Source: an uncultured Bacillota bacterium (GTDB lineage Bacteria > Bacillota > Clostridia > Christensenellales > UBA1242). From it: a stretch of DNA of 64,000 nucleotides. The notes under the pieces were generated by a model that made no database searches, was not told the DNA's origin, and was given only the letters and a program-made list of their open reading frames with translations. A program made the translations under genes and the position numbers. The stretch is taken from assembly GCA_949283975.1 (NCBI GenBank), contig CASDUK010000002.1, positions 161-64,160 on the forward strand, in the 5' to 3' direction. Below, piece by piece: positions 28,300 to 38,901 of the stretch. Every line of letters begins with the position of its first letter. The stretch's first letter is position 1.

Positions 28300-29628
28300 C
28301 TACTGCTCCTTTTCCTTTCTGCTTCTAAAAATTAGCTTTATTGGCGTTCCTTCAAAGTTTATAGAAGCTCTTAGCCTATTTTCCAAAAACCTTTCATACG
28401 AAAAGTGGACAATACTTGAATCATTGACAAAAATAACAAAAGTTGGCGGCGAAACTTCCGCCTGGGTTGCATACAAAATCTTAAGCGCTTTTCCCTTTTT
28501 TGTTGGCGGCTGCTGAGATAAAATTGCCTTTTGAATAACCTCGTTTAAAACGCCGGTTGTAATTCTTTTTGTGCTGTTGGAGTAAACTTCCAAAACGCTT
28601 GGCATAATTTTTTCAACGCGCTTACCAGAGAGCGCTGAAATAAAAACAGGCTTAAAATAGTCCATAAACGAAAGTTTTTCTTTAAGCATTGAAGCATAAT
28701 CGTTAATTGTGTTACCATTTTTTTCAATTTTGTCCCACTTGTTCATAACAATTAAACTTGGCTTTCCTTCTTCGTGAACATAGCCCGCAATTCTAACATC
28801 TTGCTCGCTAATTTCCTCGCTAGCATCAAAAACAATCAAAACAACATCTGCGCGCCCAATTGCCTCTCGCGCCCTTAGCGCGCTATAACCCTCAACGCTT
28901 TCCTTCTCAACGCTTCGCTTACGCCTTAGCCCAGCAGTATCAATTAAAACAAAATCTTTTCCGCCATATCTAAAGGGCGTGTCAATTGCGTCTCGCGTTG
29001 TTCCGGCAACATTTGAAACAACAACTCTCTCCTCGCCCAAAAGGCGGTTAACAATTGAACTTTTCCCGGCGTTTGGCCTTCCAACAACGGCAATTTTAAT
29101 TGTTGAAGTTTCCTCAAAATTTGAAATTTCTTTAAAACACGGCGCGCTTATAATCTCGTCTAAAACTTCGCCAAGCCCCTTTCCTTGTTGGCATGAAATT
29201 GGAAATGGCTCGCCAAAGCCAAGGCTGTAAAAGTCATAGGTGTTTTCAACTTCAAAGCGGTCAAGCTTGTTAACAACCAAAATAACGCGTTTTTTTGCCC
29301 GCCTTAAAAGGGCGGCAACCTCTTCATCTGCTGGCGTAACCCCCTCTCTTCCGTCAACCATAAAAATTATTACATCTGCAAGGTCAATTGCAATTTGGGC
29401 TTGGCTTCGAATTGTCTTTTGAAAAACGTCGCTGCTCTTGCTGTCCAGCCCGCCCGTGTCAACAAGCGTAAAAACCTTGCCACACCATTCGGCATCGCAA
29501 TAAATCCTGTCTCTAGTAACGCCAGGAAGGTCGTCAATTATGCTAATTCGTTTTCCACATATTTTATTAAAAAACGAACTTTTCCCCGTATTTGGCCTTC
29601 CAACAATTGCAACAAGCGGTTTTTTCAT
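28300..29628 (-). CDS. der: Ribosome biogenesis GTPase Der/EngA
   Basis: Two GTPase domains (GRPNTGKS, GRPNAGKS; DTGG/DTAG), KH-like tail. Confidence 0.97.
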   Translation of the reverse strand: MKKPLVAIVGRPNTGKSSFFNKICGKRISIIDDLPGVTRDRIYCDAEWCGKVFTLVDTGGLDSKSSDVFQKTIRSQAQIAIDLADVIIFMVDGREGVTPADEEVAALLRRAKKRVILVVNKLDRFEVENTYDFYSLGFGEPFPISCQQGKGLGEVLDEIISAPCFKEISNFEETSTIKIAVVGRPNAGKSSIVNRLLGEERVVVSNVAGTTRDAIDTPFRYGGKDFVLIDTAGLRRKRSVEKESVEGYSALRAREAIGRADVVLIVFDASEEISEQDVRIAGYVHEEGKPSLIVMNKWDKIEKNGNTINDYASMLKEKLSFMDYFKPVFISALSGKRVEKIMPSVLEVYSNSTKRITTGVLNEVIQKAILSQQPPTKKGKALKILYATQAEVSPPTFVIFVNDSSIVHFSYERFLENRLRASINFEGTPIKLIFRSRKEKEQ

Positions 29629-29683
29629 CTAAATTAATTTACCACATTATATCTAAAATAACAAATAAAATACAAAAATCCGT

Positions 29684-31765
29684 CTATTTCTTTCTGCAAT
29701 TTTTGCAAGAACTTTTATCTTTGCAATATGAACAAAAGTTTCTTTTTTTAAGTTTTAAATACAGGTAGAACAAACAAACTAAAATTAACCCTATCCCAAA
29801 GAAAATAAAAATTGAATTAACGGCGCCAACCCCTTCAACAAGCCTATAAATGTTATAAGTTAAAAGCGCAAGAATATATGCAATTGCAAATTGAATAACA
29901 ACTGAAATTGCCGTCCACCTCCCTCCTATTTCCTTTTTAAACACGGAAATGGTTGCCAAACACGGAGAATATAAAAGGCAAAAAACCATGAAAGAAAGAG
30001 CGCTTGCCGGCGTGAAGAAAACAACAGAAAGCGGGCTTGTTATTGAGCGCATTGTTTGGCTTTTTATGCTGTCGCCAAGAACATCAACGCCATTAAACAT
30101 TGCAATTGAACTGACAATAATTTCCTTTGCGGCAAGGCCCGCAACAAGCGCAGAAGCTGCCCCCCAATTTCCAAATCCAAGAGGAACAAAAATTGGCGCA
30201 ATTACTGTTCCAATTGCTTTAAGCATGCTTGTTCCGCCCTCTGTTGGAACAAATTTAAAACCAAAGGAAAAACTTTGAAGAACCCAAACAATTAAATTTA
30301 AAGAAAAAATTACCGTTCCAATTCTAATTAGAAAAAGTTTAACATTTTCCCAAAGAATTTTAAACGTTCTTTTTATTGAAGGAAGCCGGTATGCTGGAAA
30401 CTCCAAGATAAAGGATTGGGCTTTGCTTTTTAAAACCTTTTGCTCCAAAAGTAGGCTTAGCAAAATTGCAACAACAACGCCAAGCATGTATAGCCCAAAA
30501 ATAATTAAAACATTTGAAACGCCAAAAAACGCCCCTCCAATAACGGCATAGATTGGAAGCTTTGCAGAACAACTCATATATGGAGTTAAAATTGCAGTTT
30601 TAATTTTTGCGTTTTTATCCTCCATGTTTCTTGCCGTTAGCGCGGCTGTTGTTGAGCAGCCAAAGCCCATTAAAAGAGAATAAACGCTTTTTCCGCTTAG
30701 CCCAACCTTTGCAAAAATGTCTTCAAACAAAAAGGCAACTCTTGCCAAATAGCCGCTATCTTCAATTAGCGAAAGGAAGAAAAACAAAAGAATAACTTGC
30801 GGCAAAAATGAAAGAATGCTTCCAACTCCGCCAATAATTCCTGTTTCAACAAGGTCAACAACCCAAGCAACATTGCAAACAGATTTTAGCCACGAAACAA
30901 TTTGCCCCCCAATAACATTTTGAATTAAATCTCTTAAAAGGTCGGAAAGCGCCGCGCCAAGGGAAAAGAATGTTAAATAAAAAACTAAAAATAGAATTCC
31001 AAAAAAAATTGGAAGAGCAAAATATTTATTTAATAAAATACTATCCAATTTAGAATTTCCATATGCCCTTTCTTCTTTTATTTCTAAATTAAATAAAGAA
31101 TTAATTTTTAAAAATGTTTCTTTGTTTTCCTTTAAAAAATTTAAATTATTTTCTTTTTTAAATTTTTTTTCGATTTTTTTTATTTGATTATTTGAATTCA
31201 GTTTTAAATTTAATATCATTTTTTTAAATTTTTCTATATCTTTTTTATTTTCAGCATTTCCAATAAAAAATTTAACATCCAATTTTTTTAAGGCATTTTC
31301 AGATTGCTTAATTTTTCCCTTTAATTTCTTGTTGTTTTTTATGTTCTGAAAAGTATTTACAAACAAAATAATCTCGTTTGAAATTTCTTTAAGTTGAAGA
31401 GTTAGGAAAAGATTTCTTTTTAAATTATTAATGTCACATATGTTAATAATTGGGCAAGAGTTGTTTTCAAAGATATATTTGCTTGCAACTTCTTCTTCAT
31501 AGCTAAGTGGTGTTAAAGAATATAACCCAGGTAGGTCAACTAAAACAAACTTTTTTTCGGCAACAAAAAAAGGCTTTTCCTTTTCGCTAACCGTAACGCC
31601 ATGCCAGTTTCCAACATGTTCGCTAGATTTTGTAAGCGAATTGAAAAGCGTTGTTTTCCCGGTGTTTGGATTTCCAACAAGCAAAATCTTAAGCGGGCTT
31701 TCAAGCGCTTTAACCCTGCTTTTAAAAAATTTTTTAAGTGGGACATTAATTCTTCTTAAATTCAT
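29684..31765 (-). CDS. feoB: Ferrous iron transporter FeoB (divergent N-terminal part)
   Basis: GNPNTGKT, VGNWHGVTV, DLPGLYSL, LIEDSGYLAR, GFGC, MSCSAKLP, LYSPC. Confidence 0.9.
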   Translation of the reverse strand: MNLRRINVPLKKFFKSRVKALESPLKILLVGNPNTGKTTLFNSLTKSSEHVGNWHGVTVSEKEKPFFVAEKKFVLVDLPGLYSLTPLSYEEEVASKYIFENNSCPIINICDINNLKRNLFLTLQLKEISNEIILFVNTFQNIKNNKKLKGKIKQSENALKKLDVKFFIGNAENKKDIEKFKKMILNLKLNSNNQIKKIEKKFKKENNLNFLKENKETFLKINSLFNLEIKEERAYGNSKLDSILLNKYFALPIFFGILFLVFYLTFFSLGAALSDLLRDLIQNVIGGQIVSWLKSVCNVAWVVDLVETGIIGGVGSILSFLPQVILLFFFLSLIEDSGYLARVAFLFEDIFAKVGLSGKSVYSLLMGFGCSTTAALTARNMEDKNAKIKTAILTPYMSCSAKLPIYAVIGGAFFGVSNVLIIFGLYMLGVVVAILLSLLLEQKVLKSKAQSFILEFPAYRLPSIKRTFKILWENVKLFLIRIGTVIFSLNLIVWVLQSFSFGFKFVPTEGGTSMLKAIGTVIAPIFVPLGFGNWGAASALVAGLAAKEIIVSSIAMFNGVDVLGDSIKSQTMRSITSPLSVVFFTPASALSFMVFCLLYSPCLATISVFKKEIGGRWTAISVVIQFAIAYILALLTYNIYRLVEGVGAVNSIFIFFGIGLILVCLFYLYLKLKKRNFCSYCKDKSSCKNCRKK

Positions 31766-31991
31766 TTAAAAACACCAAATCGCAAACGCTTTTTCTAAGT
31801 GAAAGCGTGTAGGAGGAAATTTCAACAAGAAAGGTCTTTTTAAGCGCAGAATAGCCCAAAACAACAACTTCTGCCCCGCTATAAAAGCCAAGTTCGCTAA
31901 GTCTTCTTGCAACGGCCAAGTCTTTTAGGCTTATTTTTGAAATAGTATATTTCTTATTTTTCTCTGCACTTGAAAGCAAAATTTCTTCCAC
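31746..31991 (-). CDS. feoA: FeoA family protein
   Basis: RRLSELGF..G.EV, LSLRK; directly upstream of feoB. Confidence 0.85.
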   Translation of the reverse strand: MEEILLSSAEKNKKYTISKISLKDLAVARRLSELGFYSGAEVVVLGYSALKKTFLVEISSYTLSLRKSVCDLVFLNEFKKN

Positions 31992-32057
31992 GAAAATATC
32001 TTATGTTAAACAAACCCTCAAAATAACTTGCCAAAAACAAAAAAATGTGTTAGTCTA

Positions 32058-32073
32058 AAACAAGATGTAGTTA
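32058..32073. promoter_or_regulatory. Possible NrdR box upstream of nrdR
   Basis: AAACAAGATGTAGTTA resembles acaCwAtATaTwGtgt; lies between the promoter and the RBS. Confidence 0.3.
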
Positions 32074-32083
32074 GAGGTGGAAA

Positions 32084-32527
32084 ATGAAGTGTATATATTG
32101 TGGACATTTTGACAGCAAAGTTATAGATTCTCGTTCAACAGATGAATCAAATTCAATTAGAAGAAGGCGCGAATGTTTAAATTGTGGAAAGCGCTTTACA
32201 ACATATGAAACAGTTGAAACAACGCCAATTTTGGTAATTAAAAACGATGGTAGCCGCCAAAGTTTTGACCCAGAAAAAATAAAAAAAGGCTTAATAAAAG
32301 CCTGTGAAAAGCGCCCTGTTAGCATGAGCCAAATTGAAGAAATTGTCTTTGACATTGAAAAAACCCTTTCAAACAGCCTAAACCAAGAAGTTAAGTCCAG
32401 CGAAATTGGCGAAATGGTTATGAAAAGGCTAAAGAACATTGACGAAATTGCCTACATTCGCTTTGCCTGCGTTTACCGAAAATTTGAAGATGTTTCAAAT
32501 TTAATCAATTTTCTTAAAACGCTTTAA
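32084..32527 (+). CDS. nrdR: Transcriptional repressor NrdR
   Basis: MKC.YC, VIDSR, IRRRRECLNCGKRFTTYE, ATP cone, AYIRFA.VY. Confidence 0.97.
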   Translation: MKCIYCGHFDSKVIDSRSTDESNSIRRRRECLNCGKRFTTYETVETTPILVIKNDGSRQSFDPEKIKKGLIKACEKRPVSMSQIEEIVFDIEKTLSNSLNQEVKSSEIGEMVMKRLKNIDEIAYIRFACVYRKFEDVSNLINFLKTL

Positions 32528-32533
32528 ACCAGG

Positions 32534-33211
32534 TTAACTGGTTTTTTTTCTTTTTTCTGGTTTAACTTCTTTAACAACTTTCTTGTTTTCAACAACAACC
32601 ACATCGTTTTCTGGTGTTAACTGTTTTATAATTTTTTCCTGTTGTTTATAATTTTCGTTAATCTGATTTAAATCATATTCAATTCCCAAAAACTGTTTGC
32701 TGTTTCCAAGTTTTATTGGCTTTTTGGTTTTGCCATCTCTCAAAACTTCAACTGCTCTCTCAATTTTTCTAACTGGTTTTGCAAGGTTGGTGTAAGTTAA
32801 ATAAAGAAAAAGTGCATACGCCAAAACAATTACAATCATCCAAATATACCTTGAAGTTGGGTCAAAAATTCCAAGCCCAACTCTAACGGCGGTTACAATG
32901 TCTGTTTGCTCTCTAACATTAATTGTAAAAATAAAGAGCATTAAAAAAACAAAGGTAACAGTTGGCGGAATTGTTGAAAAAAATATTTGGCGGTTCAAAG
33001 GCTGGGTTCTAACAAATCTAACAAATATTATTGCGCCAGAAATGTTCGCTAAAATAAACATTGCAAGCCCAACATACCACTCCCAATTAATTTGCAAATA
33101 AACTCCGTTTTCGCCATATTTAATTGCGTCAATTAGCGGCCTGAAAAAATAAAACAGTCCAACGTTTGATATAATTGCCAAAACAAGCCAAATTTTTGTT
33201 GAAGTTCTCAT
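32534..33211 (-). CDS. Hypothetical 4-TM membrane protein with a C-terminal HAMP-like segment
   Basis: Four hydrophobic helices, then LAKPVRKIERAVEVLRDG...DLNQI; start placed at the ATG at 33211. Confidence 0.6.
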   Translation of the reverse strand: MRTSTKIWLVLAIISNVGLFYFFRPLIDAIKYGENGVYLQINWEWYVGLAMFILANISGAIIFVRFVRTQPLNRQIFFSTIPPTVTFVFLMLFIFTINVREQTDIVTAVRVGLGIFDPTSRYIWMIVIVLAYALFLYLTYTNLAKPVRKIERAVEVLRDGKTKKPIKLGNSKQFLGIEYDLNQINENYKQQEKIIKQLTPENDVVVVENKKVVKEVKPEKRKKTS

Positions 33212-33274
33212 AAATCTATGTTGTGCATTGAATAATAATTTATTCCCTGCAAATAATAGTTGTAAGGAGAAAAT

Positions 33275-33724
33275 ATGGAAAACGAAAATAAAGATAAAAC
33301 TCAAAATCAATTGTTGCTAACATCAATCTATCAAAATGTTCAAACTGCTCTTCAATCTCTTAACAACATTATCAAATCGGTTAAATGCGACACGCTCGCC
33401 GCAGAAATTTCAAAGCAAGAGGGAGAATATAACATAATTTCGGAAGAATGCGAGATGATTGCAAAGTCTGAGAACATTGATATAAAAGATAACAACATGT
33501 TTGAAAAAATTAGGCTTTGGGGAAGCATTAAAATGTCAACAATATCGGATAAATCAACTTCCCATATTGCTCAAATGCTTTTAATTGGAACGTTCATGGG
33601 CGTTATAACCTGCATAAAAGACCAAAGCGACCACGCCGGCGCAGACGAAGAAATTTTAAACTTGCTTTCAAAACTTTTAAAGCTTGAACAGGATAACATT
33701 GAATCGCTTAAAACATATCTTTAA
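33275..33724 (+). CDS. Conserved hypothetical helical protein (ferritin-like bundle suspected)
   Basis: AAGGAG RBS; LL..IYQN..., IAQMLLIGTFMGV, EQDNIESLKTYL pattern. Confidence 0.65.
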   Translation: MENENKDKTQNQLLLTSIYQNVQTALQSLNNIIKSVKCDTLAAEISKQEGEYNIISEECEMIAKSENIDIKDNNMFEKIRLWGSIKMSTISDKSTSHIAQMLLIGTFMGVITCIKDQSDHAGADEEILNLLSKLLKLEQDNIESLKTYL

Positions 33725-34296
33725 TTTTTCAAAGGGCGAAATTCATCTCTAACCCTCCCAATAGAAAAAGAACCGCTTGGAAGATCTTTGGTTAAAGTTG
33801 TTCCGGCGGCTATAAAACATCTATCTCCAATTTGTCTTGGCGCAACAATGTTGCAATTACAACCAATAAAGACATCGCTTCCAACTTGGGAGCGGTGTTT
33901 TTTCTTTCCATCATAATTTGCAAAAACAACGCCGCAACCAACGTTAACCCTCTCTCCAAGCGTTGCGTCGCCTATATAAGAAAGGTGGGCGCATTTTGTT
34001 TGATTTCCAATAGTTGAATTTTTAATTTCAACAAAGTTTCCAATTCTACACTTGTTTCCAATTTTCGAATTTTGCCTAATGTGGGCATATGGGCCAACGG
34101 TTGTTTGTTCTCCAATTAAACTATCAACAATATAGCTAGATTTAATTTGGCAAAAATCTCCAATTTTTGAATTTTCAATGTAGCAGTCTCCAAAAATTTC
34201 AACATTTTCGCCAATTTCACACTTTCCAACCAAAACAACATCTTTTCCAATTCTTGAAGTTTTTGGAATTTTAAATTTATAAGAAGAATTTCTCAT
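33721..34296 (-). CDS. Hexapeptide-repeat acetyltransferase matching only the C-terminal domain of GlmU
   Basis: VGPYAHIR, IGNFVEIKNS, HLSYIGDA, NYDGKKKH, AAGTT. Confidence 0.85.
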   Translation of the reverse strand: MRNSSYKFKIPKTSRIGKDVVLVGKCEIGENVEIFGDCYIENSKIGDFCQIKSSYIVDSLIGEQTTVGPYAHIRQNSKIGNKCRIGNFVEIKNSTIGNQTKCAHLSYIGDATLGERVNVGCGVVFANYDGKKKHRSQVGSDVFIGCNCNIVAPRQIGDRCFIAAGTTLTKDLPSGSFSIGRVRDEFRPLKN

Positions 34297-34339
34297 ATAA
34301 ATATTTATTCCAGTTGACTTAAGATTGTTTAAATAATCT

Positions 34340-34369
34340 TTGACAATTTGCTAATTTAAGTGGTATAAT
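34340..34369 (+). promoter_or_regulatory. Sigma70-type promoter of glyQS
   Basis: TTGACA-18 bp-TATAAT with TG extension. Confidence 0.7.
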
Positions 34370-34398
34370 TTCGCTTGAATAATTTTAAGGAGAAGTTT

Positions 34399-35769
34399 AT
34401 GGCTAAAACAATGGAAGAAATAGTTGCCCACTGCAAAAACACAGGTTTCATTTTCCCGGGAAGCGAAATTTATGGCGGCCTTGCAAACTCTTGGGACTAT
34501 GGCCCTCTTGGGGTTGAACTTAAAAACAACATTAAAAAACTTTGGTGGGAAAAATTTGTTCAAAAAAGAGAAAATTCTTTTGGAATAGATTGTGCAATTT
34601 TAATGAACCCTCGCGTTTGGGAGGCAAGCGGCCATGTTTCTTCTTTTTCAGACCCTCTTGTTGATTGCAAGGAATGCAAAGCAAGGTTCAGAGCAGACAA
34701 CTTAATTTCAGATTTTTCAAAGGGAGAAGTTAACCCAGATTTAATGACCCGCGAAGAAATGAGCAAATATCTCTCGGAAAACCATGTTCCCTGCCCTGTT
34801 TGCAAAAAAAGTAATTTTACGCCAATTCGCGAATTTAATCTTCTTTTTCAAACCCACAGAGGTGTTACAAAAGAAAGCCAGCAAGATATTTATCTTCGCC
34901 CAGAAACAGCCCAAGGCGAATATGTTAATTTTCTAAATGTTCAAAGAACAATGAGAGCAAAAGTTCCGTTTGGTATCGGCCAAATTGGAAAAGCTTTTAG
35001 AAACGAAATTACGCCGGGAAATTTCACTTTTAGACAAATTGAATTTGAACAGATGGAATATCAGTGGTTCTGCCACGAAGGCGAAGATGAAAAGTATTAC
35101 GAAGAATTTAAAAATGCGTCAAAAGATTTCTTTTTAAGCCTAGGAATAAGTGAAGACAAGTTAAGGTTTCACGACCACGACAAATTGGCTTTCTATGCAA
35201 AAGCTGCGTGCGACCTTCAGTTCCTCTTTCCCTTTGGTTGGGACGAAGTTAACGGAATTCACAACAGAACAAACTATGACCTTTCGCGCCACCAAGAGTT
35301 CAGCGGAAAGGCAATGCAATATCTAGACCCAATAACAAACGAAAAATTCATTCCGTTTGTAATTGAAAATTCCTATGGGTTAGACCGCGCAATTCTAGCT
35401 GTAATTTGCAACAGCTATGAAACAGAAAAACTTGAAGACGGCGAGGAAAGAGAAATTATGAGAATAATTCCAAAACTTGCCCCGTTTAAAGTTGCAGTTT
35501 TGCCGCTTATGAAAAAAGATTTGTCGGAAAAAGCAAAAGAACTCTTCTCAAAACTTTCTCAAAGTTTTAGAACAATTTATGACGACACTGGTTCAATTGG
35601 AAAGCGTTACCGCAGGCAAGACCAAATTGGAACGCCGCTTTGCGTAACAGTTGACTATGAAACACTTGAAAACCAAACGGTAACAGTTAGAGACCGCGAC
35701 ACAATGGCTCAAATTAGGCTTCCAATTTCAGAGCTTGAGGGCTATATTTCAAAAATTGTAAATTGCTAA
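34399..35769 (+). CDS. glyQS: Glycine--tRNA ligase (homodimeric alpha2 type)
   Basis: EIYGGLANSWDYGPLG, YLRPETAQG, QIGKAFRNEITPGNF, SIGKRYRRQD. Confidence 0.96.
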   Translation: MAKTMEEIVAHCKNTGFIFPGSEIYGGLANSWDYGPLGVELKNNIKKLWWEKFVQKRENSFGIDCAILMNPRVWEASGHVSSFSDPLVDCKECKARFRADNLISDFSKGEVNPDLMTREEMSKYLSENHVPCPVCKKSNFTPIREFNLLFQTHRGVTKESQQDIYLRPETAQGEYVNFLNVQRTMRAKVPFGIGQIGKAFRNEITPGNFTFRQIEFEQMEYQWFCHEGEDEKYYEEFKNASKDFFLSLGISEDKLRFHDHDKLAFYAKAACDLQFLFPFGWDEVNGIHNRTNYDLSRHQEFSGKAMQYLDPITNEKFIPFVIENSYGLDRAILAVICNSYETEKLEDGEEREIMRIIPKLAPFKVAVLPLMKKDLSEKAKELFSKLSQSFRTIYDDTGSIGKRYRRQDQIGTPLCVTVDYETLENQTVTVRDRDTMAQIRLPISELEGYISKIVNC

Positions 35770-36938
35770 TTAGAAACCAGTTCTAAAAAGTCATCTGCAA
35801 AGTTAACAATAATTTCATTTGCAACCAAAATCCCCTTTCCCGTTAAACGAAGAAAATTTCCTTCAAGGGAAATTAGGCCGGCTTTTAAATAGGTTGCAAT
35901 TTTTTTTGCGTGAACTTTCTCAATGTCGAAAAAATTTTCCTTAAATTCCTTTAAGTTTAGCCCTTCGCTAGTTCTAAGTGAGAGCATAAGCGTTTCTTCG
36001 GCGCACTGTTTTTTTGTTAAATTTTCTGTTTTAATAACGCCGCTTTCAATTAAATTTTTTTTGTTTGGAGCTTTTTCAAAAACCTTTAAATACAGCCTAA
36101 AATCCTCTGTGTTTGCAAATCTTTGATTTTCAACAAACGAGTGGGCAGCAAGACCAAAACCAAGGTAGTTTTGTCTTTTCCAATAGGCTTGATTGTGGCA
36201 AGATTCAAAAGACGGCTTTGCAAAGTTTGAAATTTCATAGCGCTTAAACCCAAGTTTTTTAAGCGTTTTAACGCTTGCTTCATACTGCTCTATAATTTCT
36301 TCCTCGTTCGGCTTGTAATATTGTTCAAGTTTAGTTCCCTCCGTCTCTAACATATAGCAAGAAAAATGTGTGACGAATGTTCCAAGTTTTTTAAGAGTTG
36401 AAACAAGTTGGGTTTTTGTTTGGAAGGGAAGAGCCAAAATAAAATCAACCGAAATGTTTTTAAACCCAATTTTATTTGCAAATTTTAAAAGAGAAATAAC
36501 TTTTGTTTTATAGCTTTCCGCCTCCTTTGCCGAAAGCCTTCCAACAAAAGTTAGCGATCGCTTGTTAAATGTTTGAACCCCAAAACTAATTCTGTTTATT
36601 CCAAAAGATAAATAACTTAGAAGCATTTCTTCGCTTGTTGAATTTGGATTTAGTTCAATTGTTATCTCTGCATCATCTAAAACAAAAAAATTTTGTTTAA
36701 TTTTATCCAAAATCCTTTTAATTTGTTTTGTTTCAACAATCGATGGTGTTCCTCCGCCAAGATAAATTGTTTTAACTGGTTGGTTTTTAAACTGACTTGC
36801 TCTAAATTCAATTTCTTTTTCTAGCGCGTTGAAATATTGCTCCTGTTCACTTAAATTTGCTTTAAAGGAACAGAAGTTGCAATAGTAACACTTTTTTGAG
36901 CAAAACGGAACGTGAACATAAATTGAAAGCTTTTTCAT
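35766..36938 (-). CDS. hemW: Radical SAM heme chaperone, HemW/HemN family
   Basis: YVHVPFCSKKCYYCNF, GGGTPS, YEISNFA, HN..YW; downstream of lepA. Confidence 0.9.
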   Translation of the reverse strand: MKKLSIYVHVPFCSKKCYYCNFCSFKANLSEQEQYFNALEKEIEFRASQFKNQPVKTIYLGGGTPSIVETKQIKRILDKIKQNFFVLDDAEITIELNPNSTSEEMLLSYLSFGINRISFGVQTFNKRSLTFVGRLSAKEAESYKTKVISLLKFANKIGFKNISVDFILALPFQTKTQLVSTLKKLGTFVTHFSCYMLETEGTKLEQYYKPNEEEIIEQYEASVKTLKKLGFKRYEISNFAKPSFESCHNQAYWKRQNYLGFGLAAHSFVENQRFANTEDFRLYLKVFEKAPNKKNLIESGVIKTENLTKKQCAEETLMLSLRTSEGLNLKEFKENFFDIEKVHAKKIATYLKAGLISLEGNFLRLTGKGILVANEIIVNFADDFLELVSN

Positions 36939-36978
36939 TGTTTCTCAATCCTGTCATTAATTTTCAACATTTTTCTAC

Positions 36979-38787
36979 TTAGTTTTCATCTAATTTTAAA
37001 ATGCTCATAAAAGCCTCGCTTGGAAGTTGAACAGAACCAATTTGCCTCATCTTTTTCTTCCCGGCTTTTTGCTTTTCAAGCAGCTTTCTTTTTCGCGAAA
37101 TATCTCCGCCATAACATTTTGCCAAAACATCTTTTCTCATTGCCTTAACGGTTTCTCGCGCAATAACCTTGTTTCCAATTGAAGCTTGAATTGGAATTTC
37201 AAAAAGCTGACGCGGAATTACATTTTTAAGTTTTTCCGCAATTGCCCTCCCGCGCGAATAAGCCTTATCTCTGTGAACAATTATGCTTAGTGCGTCGCAC
37301 GGCTCTCCGTTTAGAAGAATGTCAAGCTTAACCAAATCGCTTTCCTCAAAACCAATGAACTCATAGTCCAAACTCGCATATCCTCGCGTTCTAGATTTCA
37401 AACTATCAAAAAAGTCATAAATAATTTCATTTAGCGGAAGTTTGTAAACAATTTTAACTCTTGAAGCATCAAGGTATTGCATGTCTAAATATACGCCGCG
37501 CTTTTCTTGGCAGAGCTCCATAATTGCCCCAACATATTCTGACGGCGTTAAAATTTGCGCGCGAACAATTGGCTCTTCAATTTTAACAATATCTGTTGGC
37601 TTTGGAAGAAGTGAAGGATTTGAAACAGAAACAACCTCGCCATTTGTTTTATAAACATTGTAAGCAACGCCGGGGGCTGTTGTTATAAGCTCCAAGTTAA
37701 ACTCGCGCTCCAACCTTTCCGTTATGATTTCCATGTGCAAAAGCCCAAGAAAGCCGCATCTAAACCCAAATCCAAGCGCCGCAGAGTTCTCTGGGCTAAA
37801 CGAAAGCGCAGCATCGTTAAGTTTAAGTTTTTCAAGCGCATCTTTAAGGTCATTATACTTAGAGCCATCAACCAAAAAAATTCCGCTGTAAACAACAGGA
37901 ACAGCATCTTTATAGCCTGGAAGCGGAGTTGTTGCCGGGTTTTGCGCATCTGTAATTGTGTCTCCAACGCGTGTTTCGGAAACATTTTTTATGCTAGCAC
38001 AAAGATAGCCAACCTCGCCTGCCTCAAGTTTTTCACATGGTTGCATCTCTGGAACAAAACAGCCAACTTCGGTTACTTCGAAAACTTTTTTTGTTTTCAT
38101 CATTTGAATTTTGCTTCCAACCTTAACGCTTCCATCAACAATTCTAACAACGCAAATTGCGCCCTTAAAATTGTCATAAACGCTGTCAAAAATAAGCGCT
38201 TTTAGCGGCGCATTCTCATCGCCCTTTGGCGCGGGAACTTTTTCAACAATCATGTCCAAAACTTTTTCGATGTTAGTTCCCTCTTTTGCAGAAATTGCCG
38301 GCGCATCAGAAGCGGAAAGCCCAATTACATCTTCAATCTCCTTCCTAACTTTTTCAACATCTGCACTTGGAAGGTCAATTTTATTTATAACCGGCAAAAT
38401 TTCAAGGTTGTTGTCAAGCGCCAAATAGCAGTTTGCAAGCGTTTGCGCCTCAACCCCTTGGGTTGCATCAACAATTAAAAGCGCGCCTTCGCAAGCTGCA
38501 AGAGACCTAGAAACTTCATAGGTAAAATCAACATGCCCAGGCGTGTCAATTAAATTAAGCGTGTATTCAACGCCGCCCTTAACATATTTCATCTTTGTTG
38601 GGGTTAATTTAATTGTAATTCCCCTTTCGCGCTCCAAATCCATGCTGTCTAGAAGTTGATTTTCCATGTCTCTTAAAGAAACAGTGTTTGTTTTTTCTAA
38701 AAGCCTGTCTGCAAGCGTGCTCTTTCCATGGTCAATGTGGGCAACAATTGAAAAATTTCTAATTTTACTCATTCTCTCGTTCATCAA
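36979..38787 (-). CDS. lepA: Elongation factor 4
   Basis: [43 protein letters not shown]. Confidence 0.98.
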   Translation of the reverse strand: MMNERMSKIRNFSIVAHIDHGKSTLADRLLEKTNTVSLRDMENQLLDSMDLERERGITIKLTPTKMKYVKGGVEYTLNLIDTPGHVDFTYEVSRSLAACEGALLIVDATQGVEAQTLANCYLALDNNLEILPVINKIDLPSADVEKVRKEIEDVIGLSASDAPAISAKEGTNIEKVLDMIVEKVPAPKGDENAPLKALIFDSVYDNFKGAICVVRIVDGSVKVGSKIQMMKTKKVFEVTEVGCFVPEMQPCEKLEAGEVGYLCASIKNVSETRVGDTITDAQNPATTPLPGYKDAVPVVYSGIFLVDGSKYNDLKDALEKLKLNDAALSFSPENSAALGFGFRCGFLGLLHMEIITERLEREFNLELITTAPGVAYNVYKTNGEVVSVSNPSLLPKPTDIVKIEEPIVRAQILTPSEYVGAIMELCQEKRGVYLDMQYLDASRVKIVYKLPLNEIIYDFFDSLKSRTRGYASLDYEFIGFEESDLVKLDILLNGEPCDALSIIVHRDKAYSRGRAIAEKLKNVIPRQLFEIPIQASIGNKVIARETVKAMRKDVLAKCYGGDISRKRKLLEKQKAGKKKMRQIGSVQLPSEAFMSILKLDEN

Positions 38788-38901
38788 AAGTATTATAATT
38801 CAAACCATCAAATTCAACAAATATTTTATTATTTTTTTTAAATTTACTTTTTAAATAATGGTTTTTATGGTAACATATATATGTTAAGAAAGGTGGGAAA
38901 A

